A stretch of 64,000 bases of DNA from Candidatus Cloacimonadales bacterium. GTDB lineage: Bacteria > Cloacimonadota > Cloacimonadia > Cloacimonadales > JAFGVF01. The DNA lies in assembly GCA_963663475.2 (NCBI GenBank), contig CAXXJV010000001.1:2496001-2560000 (forward strand), in the 5' to 3' direction. Positions 59,518 to 64,000 of the stretch are shown one piece after another. The notes beneath the pieces are model-generated. The model did not search any database, was not told the DNA's origin, and worked only from the letters and a program-made list of their open reading frames with translations. Numbering within the stretch: the first letter of the stretch is position 1; each line of letters begins with the position of its first letter. The translations under genes and the position numbers were made by a program.

Positions 59518-59922
59518 TTAGATTGAGATTATTACTTCTCTTTGTCTTGGACCATCAAACTCACAGAAATATATTCCCTGCCAAGTACCTAAAAGAAGTT
59601 CATTAGCCTCATAAGGAATGTTAATCGATGTTCCCACTATACTTGAGAGAAAATGAGCATAAGAGTTGCCTTCTTGGTGCAGATACTCTCTTAAGTTTGG
59701 AGAAATTCTTTTAAAGGCAAACTTTAGATCATAGACAACATCTGGATCTGCAGCTTCATTAATTGTAACACCAGCAGTAGTGTGCGGGATGTAGATGTTT
59801 ACTAGTCCATTGTGTTGAGGTGATTCTTCAACTAATGCTTGCACAATCTTAGTGATTTCAATCATATCAATCTTAGCATTTGTATTTACTTTAATCCTTT
59901 TAATTAGCATAATTTCCTCCAA
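59518..59922 (-). CDS. yjbQ: YjbQ (UPF0047) family protein
   Basis: 'PHTTAGVTINEAADPDV', 'LLGTWQGIYFCEFDGPR'. Confidence 0.92.
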   Translation of the reverse strand: MEEIMLIKRIKVNTNAKIDMIEITKIVQALVEESPQHNGLVNIYIPHTTAGVTINEAADPDVVYDLKFAFKRISPNLREYLHQEGNSYAHFLSSIVGTSINIPYEANELLLGTWQGIYFCEFDGPRQREVIISI

Positions 59923-60019
59923 CTTTTACTAATAATCCCTAATAAAACAGTAGATCTTGCAATAAATTTCTACCACACTATCTATTATAATTTAACTAAT
60001 TAAACTAATTTTCAAAGAT

Positions 60020-62470
60020 TTATTTTGTTTTAGCTACATAATAACCATACTCAGGAATTTGATTATCTTGTATTTTCTCAAATAAGCTGATTGGATATTG
60101 ACTTATAAAGGAGCTTATCTCAATTTGTAAGTTACTTCTATTGATAATTATTATTATTTCCTTGGTATCTTGCAGACTCCATCGTTTGTAGATAAGTAAG
60201 TGTTCATCTTCAATAAACTCTATATATCCATCCCAAAGAAGAGGATTGTCTTTTCTAACTTTAATAATATTCTTATAAAAATCTAATAAATCAAGTCTTT
60301 CTTCATCTGTCTCGTAATCCCATGGGAAAGGTCTCCTATTATCAGGGTCTTTTTCTCCAGCTAAAAAGACTTCATCACCATAATAAATGTGAGGAATTCC
60401 GATAAAAGTAAATTGGAAGACGATAGCTAGTTTTAACCTAGCAAGCTTATCTTTGGCTAAACTTCTTAATCTGAGAGTATCATGACTAGCCAAGAGGTTC
60501 ATTTGGCTTTTGATACTTTGCCAAGGAAGATTAAGCAGACCACTAGAGATTCTCTCAATAAAAGTACTTAGGGATGTTGACTTGTTAAAGAAATAAGCAA
60601 GTAGAGGATCTTTGAAGAAGTGATAATTCATAATTCCATCAAAATATTCACCTTGTAGCCATTCTTGTGGATCATTCCAAACTTCTCCTACCAGGTAAGC
60701 ATTTGCTTTGACTCCTTTTACCATATCTCTAAAGACTTGCCAGAACCAAAATGGTACTTCTTCTGGAACATCTAATCTAAAACCATCTATATCATATTCA
60801 GTAAGCCAGATTTTCATTGATACTAGCAAATAATTAACCAAATCATGATTAAGGTCAGCTACTTCAATATCTTTAACCATATTTTCAGCTTTTGGTCCTC
60901 GAGATAGATCATAGTTAAATTCAGGCAAATCTTTTACCCCCCACCAGCATTGATAATAATCTTCAGCAATAAAGTTTTCATCTAGTTTCTTAGGAAGAGG
61001 CCATTTATACCAATCAAACCACTTCCAATATTTAGATTTATCTCCTTTTTCTCGACAATCTTTAAAAGCAAAAAAGTCATATCCACAATGATTTAAGGCT
61101 ATATCTATAATTACTTTTATCTCATTCTGGTGTAAAATGTCTACAAGTTCTTTAAAGGCAGGGTTACCACCTAGATGGGGATCTATTTGCCTAAAATCTA
61201 TACTATCATATCGATGGGGAGATTTAGCTGTAAAGATAGGATTGAGATAGATTAATGAGATTCCTAATTCTTTAAGATATGATATTCTTGATTGGATTCC
61301 TTTCAAATCACCTCCGTAGAAGGCAAACCAATCAGGATTAGCTTGAGCTGAGTAAGGGCTCTCTTTTAGTATTTTGATATCATTCCAATCAGCTAAATGA
61401 TAGTATTCTTCATTTTTATTAAGACTTCTAACTTGAGGTTTTTGATTTTTTCCTTGATAATAAGTTTCTTGAAAATGGGGATTAAGACTAGAATCTCCGT
61501 TAGCAAAACGATCAGGCATAATTTGGTAGATTATTTTTGAATGTAGGCTTGAATCTATTTGGATAATCCTAAGAGAATAGGGTCTAAACCAGGATCTTAC
61601 TCTTTTATTATTGCTGAGTTTATCCTGGTTTGCATATAGGATAAGGTCTTTACTTTTAAGTATTAAAGAAAATTTATATATCTTATATATGTCCTGTATT
61701 TTAATTATTGTGTGGAAAGTAACTTGCTGATTAGTGCTAGCAAGGCAGACAAGTTTATGTGATTCATCATTTAGTTGTAAGCTTATTTCAAGTTGAGGAA
61801 AATTAGGTACTAGGATCTTAAATTCAAAAGAATCAGCATAGTATCTATATATTCTGATAATTTTGTCTTTTAGGAAAATATCATTGGAATCATAGGAATC
61901 AATCAAGACTGGATTAATAGAGATATGATCAGTCACCGAGGTTTTAATAACTGAATTAGGGGAAATATTATCATGTGATTCTTTAATAGTCTGGGAGTTT
62001 GCTTCTTTCTCGTTATACCAGCGATCTCCTTTAGCTAGATACTTATACTGATACTGGCCTTTAGGAAGAAACAGGTTGCTTTTGAAAAAACCTTTATCCA
62101 AATGTAATTGATTAGCATTAGGTAACCAGTTATTAAAATCCCCAACAATTGATATTTCCTCATAGTTCTTTGAATTCTTTAGTTTAATAGGTATTATATA
62201 AAGTAAATCATCATCAGAGGGAATATTAAGCAGAGAAAATGTTTCCCTTCCTTGGCTTACTGTATTAGCTTTGGGATCTAGAATTATTTGATTATCTTTA
62301 AGGAAGTAATATTTATATTTACCTGGTTTGAGTTGGATTTCCAGCTTATAAATACCTGAATCTTCTTGCATTTTAAGTGAGTTTTTCTTCCAATTATTAA
62401 AGTCACCCACTAAGTAAATATCAAACTTGCCTGCTATGGGTGGTTGATAAGAAAAGAGTATTTTTTTCAT
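60020..62470 (-). CDS. GH13 alpha-amylase/neopullulanase-like enzyme with two N-terminal AMPK/CBM48-like modules
   Basis: Two 'VGDFNNW' modules; 'YQIMPDRFANGD', 'YGGDLKGI', 'DGFRLDV', 'GEVW', 'SHD', 'YYGDE', 'DPDNRRPFPW'. Confidence 0.92.
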   Translation of the reverse strand: MKKILFSYQPPIAGKFDIYLVGDFNNWKKNSLKMQEDSGIYKLEIQLKPGKYKYYFLKDNQIILDPKANTVSQGRETFSLLNIPSDDDLLYIIPIKLKNSKNYEEISIVGDFNNWLPNANQLHLDKGFFKSNLFLPKGQYQYKYLAKGDRWYNEKEANSQTIKESHDNISPNSVIKTSVTDHISINPVLIDSYDSNDIFLKDKIIRIYRYYADSFEFKILVPNFPQLEISLQLNDESHKLVCLASTNQQVTFHTIIKIQDIYKIYKFSLILKSKDLILYANQDKLSNNKRVRSWFRPYSLRIIQIDSSLHSKIIYQIMPDRFANGDSSLNPHFQETYYQGKNQKPQVRSLNKNEEYYHLADWNDIKILKESPYSAQANPDWFAFYGGDLKGIQSRISYLKELGISLIYLNPIFTAKSPHRYDSIDFRQIDPHLGGNPAFKELVDILHQNEIKVIIDIALNHCGYDFFAFKDCREKGDKSKYWKWFDWYKWPLPKKLDENFIAEDYYQCWWGVKDLPEFNYDLSRGPKAENMVKDIEVADLNHDLVNYLLVSMKIWLTEYDIDGFRLDVPEEVPFWFWQVFRDMVKGVKANAYLVGEVWNDPQEWLQGEYFDGIMNYHFFKDPLLAYFFNKSTSLSTFIERISSGLLNLPWQSIKSQMNLLASHDTLRLRSLAKDKLARLKLAIVFQFTFIGIPHIYYGDEVFLAGEKDPDNRRPFPWDYETDEERLDLLDFYKNIIKVRKDNPLLWDGYIEFIEDEHLLIYKRWSLQDTKEIIIIINRSNLQIEISSFISQYPISLFEKIQDNQIPEYGYYVAKTK

Positions 62471-62475
62471 ATGCT

Positions 62476-64000
62476 TTAGAAGTTTATTGTGTGGAACAAC
62501 ATAATTTCGTGCGAGTTATCTCCAGAAGGTCTATATTTGTATGTATAAGACATCTTAGTATTGAAGTTAATATTTGTTCTAATCTGAAAGTCTTGATCAT
62601 AAATAATTTTAGTTCTCCTATTTAAGTCAGTAATCTCTTGGAAAAAACCTTCATAGTTAAAGTATAATCTCTTGTAGATAGGTCTTCCAAAGTTAATTGT
62701 AAGATTATTGAGTAGTATTGAACTTGAGAATTGGGCTAGTTCCGAATCTGAAACTTCTTGAGTTTGCCCTTGATTTAGACCAGCATTTTGATCGTTAATA
62801 ACATAATTATTAACCATATTCTTAACAAAACCTGGTCTAATATTGAAATAATCAAGTAAGAGTCTTCTTCTAAAGAAAGTTTCAACAGGTCTTAAGAAAC
62901 TATTAACAAAGGTATTATCAACATTTGAACCTAGCATAAGAATTGTTTCATTTTGTAAGGCATTTTGATCTTCTTGCTGAGAATCATAGGAGCTATCTGA
63001 AATTCTTAATCTATTTATAGCTTGTGCTTGAGTTTTATCATCTGGATTATCGCTTGCTAGGGTTAAGACTAAGTCATTAATACCTAGTTGATTACTCTGT
63101 CCATTAGAAACTTTTAAGGTAACAGTAGAACCATCTTGCACTCGTTTAACAAATGTTCCATTAATGGAAAAATCAATTTCATTAATGAGAATCTCCACTA
63201 AATCAACGTCAAAATCAGTGTCTAAGAAAGTGACTGTTCCTTCTTCAGCAAGAAATCTTGCATCAGGTACAGACCACTCATTATTCTTATAAGTAAGGTA
63301 TAAGTAGCTATTAGGTGTAACAGAAATATCAGTAGGATAAGTGACATACTTCAAGTTCTCTCCCACTTGTAATCTAGCATTTAACTCAAATGGTAGGGGA
63401 TTAGATTCTTTATCTTCTTCTTGAGTTTTCTTTTCTTTTCTACTAAAAGTACTTTGGGAAGCTGATGTAATAATAGATAATAAGTTTTCAGTATTAGGAG
63501 GGTAGATAATAGAAGCATTAGAGACATTAACCTCCACATCAATCTTCATGTCATCAAAAGGACCTTTTATGGTAGCAAAGTTATCTGATAGTCCAGCTAT
63601 CTTAACCAGAGCAGCCTCATTTTTAGGCATATATTGTGGTATATGAGCAAGGATACCTTTCTGAGATGTGGATATGCTAAATTGTCCTAAGATTAGATTT
63701 CCTATAAAAAAATTATCATTATCTTCAGAGATTTTATTAGCTATTGTCAGAAAACCATCACCCAGCTGTAATTTAAATCTATCGAGGTCAAGTTGATTAT
63801 CTTTAAATTGAGCAGTGATATCAATATCTTCTATAGTCTGGGGTTGATTAACAAGTTTTAAAAAGCTGTCTTCAGTGTTAATATAGCCTTCATAGACTTG
63901 AAAACCTTCTTCATCAACACCAACAATGAGTTCGCTTGTTAAATCAAATGTTCCAGCTTCTAAAAGATCAGGAGTAAACTTTTGGAGAATGTTAAAAACA
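62476..64000 (-). CDS. TamB/AsmA-like large beta-rich envelope protein, C-terminal part (partial)
   Basis: Frame of the 384-aa track ORF stays open to the window end; beta-strand-rich with a terminal Phe. Family assignment is inference. Confidence 0.55.
   Translation of the reverse strand, partial: VFNILQKFTPDLLEAGTFDLTSELIVGVDEEGFQVYEGYINTEDSFLKLVNQPQTIEDIDITAQFKDNQLDLDRFKLQLGDGFLTIANKISEDNDNFFIGNLILGQFSISTSQKGILAHIPQYMPKNEAALVKIAGLSDNFATIKGPFDDMKIDVEVNVSNASIIYPPNTENLLSIITSASQSTFSRKEKKTQEEDKESNPLPFELNARLQVGENLKYVTYPTDISVTPNSYLYLTYKNNEWSVPDARFLAEEGTVTFLDTDFDVDLVEILINEIDFSINGTFVKRVQDGSTVTLKVSNGQSNQLGINDLVLTLASDNPDDKTQAQAINRLRISDSSYDSQQEDQNALQNETILMLGSNVDNTFVNSFLRPVETFFRRRLLLDYFNIRPGFVKNMVNNYVINDQNAGLNQGQTQEVSDSELAQFSSSILLNNLTINFGRPIYKRLYFNYEGFFQEITDLNRRTKIIYDQDFQIRTNINFNTKMSYTYKYRPSGDNSHEIMLFHTINF

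Noticed and set aside
26264-62625. Remaining short opposite-strand ORFs inside called genes (e.g. 28906-29451, 32379-32645, 39628-39924, 42593-42886, 56126-56431)
   Set aside because: Antisense overlaps with well-supported CDSs.

Overview
AT-rich bacterial chromosome segment. Many secreted proteins end in a 'YPNPFNPETxIxF...IYNxKGQxV...SGxYxY...KKMILMK' FlgD-Ig/T9SS-type C-terminal domain, which suggests an FCB-group anaerobe, most plausibly Cloacimonadota (inference). Layout: (1) 1-19 kb, a partial beta-helix secreted protein, a TrmB-type regulator and three tandem ~1700-1900 aa modular surface-protein paralogs with near-identical 3' halves; (2) a six-tRNA cluster; (3) ~20.4-31.6 kb, an accessory island that looks like a decayed prophage, with a repeat-rich left boundary, a frameshifted cI-like repressor, a divergent Cro/Ner-like gene, a tail-fibre fragment and two large secreted cargo genes; (4) NADH oxidase, a VOC protein and a 37-bp-arm palindrome; (5) housekeeping genes (pdxJ, kbl, rsmI, pgsA, nadA, dut, ispA, xseB, ftsY, CoA-transferase pair, recR, riboflavin synthase, GH13, TamB-like) plus a PTS-IIA/antiporter/PII-like/antiporter operon. 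The best candidate novel system is the 622-aa gene directly downstream of the repressor: a SAMHD1/dNTPase-like HD domain with all four metal ligands substituted, fused to a PD-(D/E)XK-like nuclease domain, i.e. a possible nucleotide-sensing anti-phage effector. All family calls come from motif recognition by eye, not database searches.
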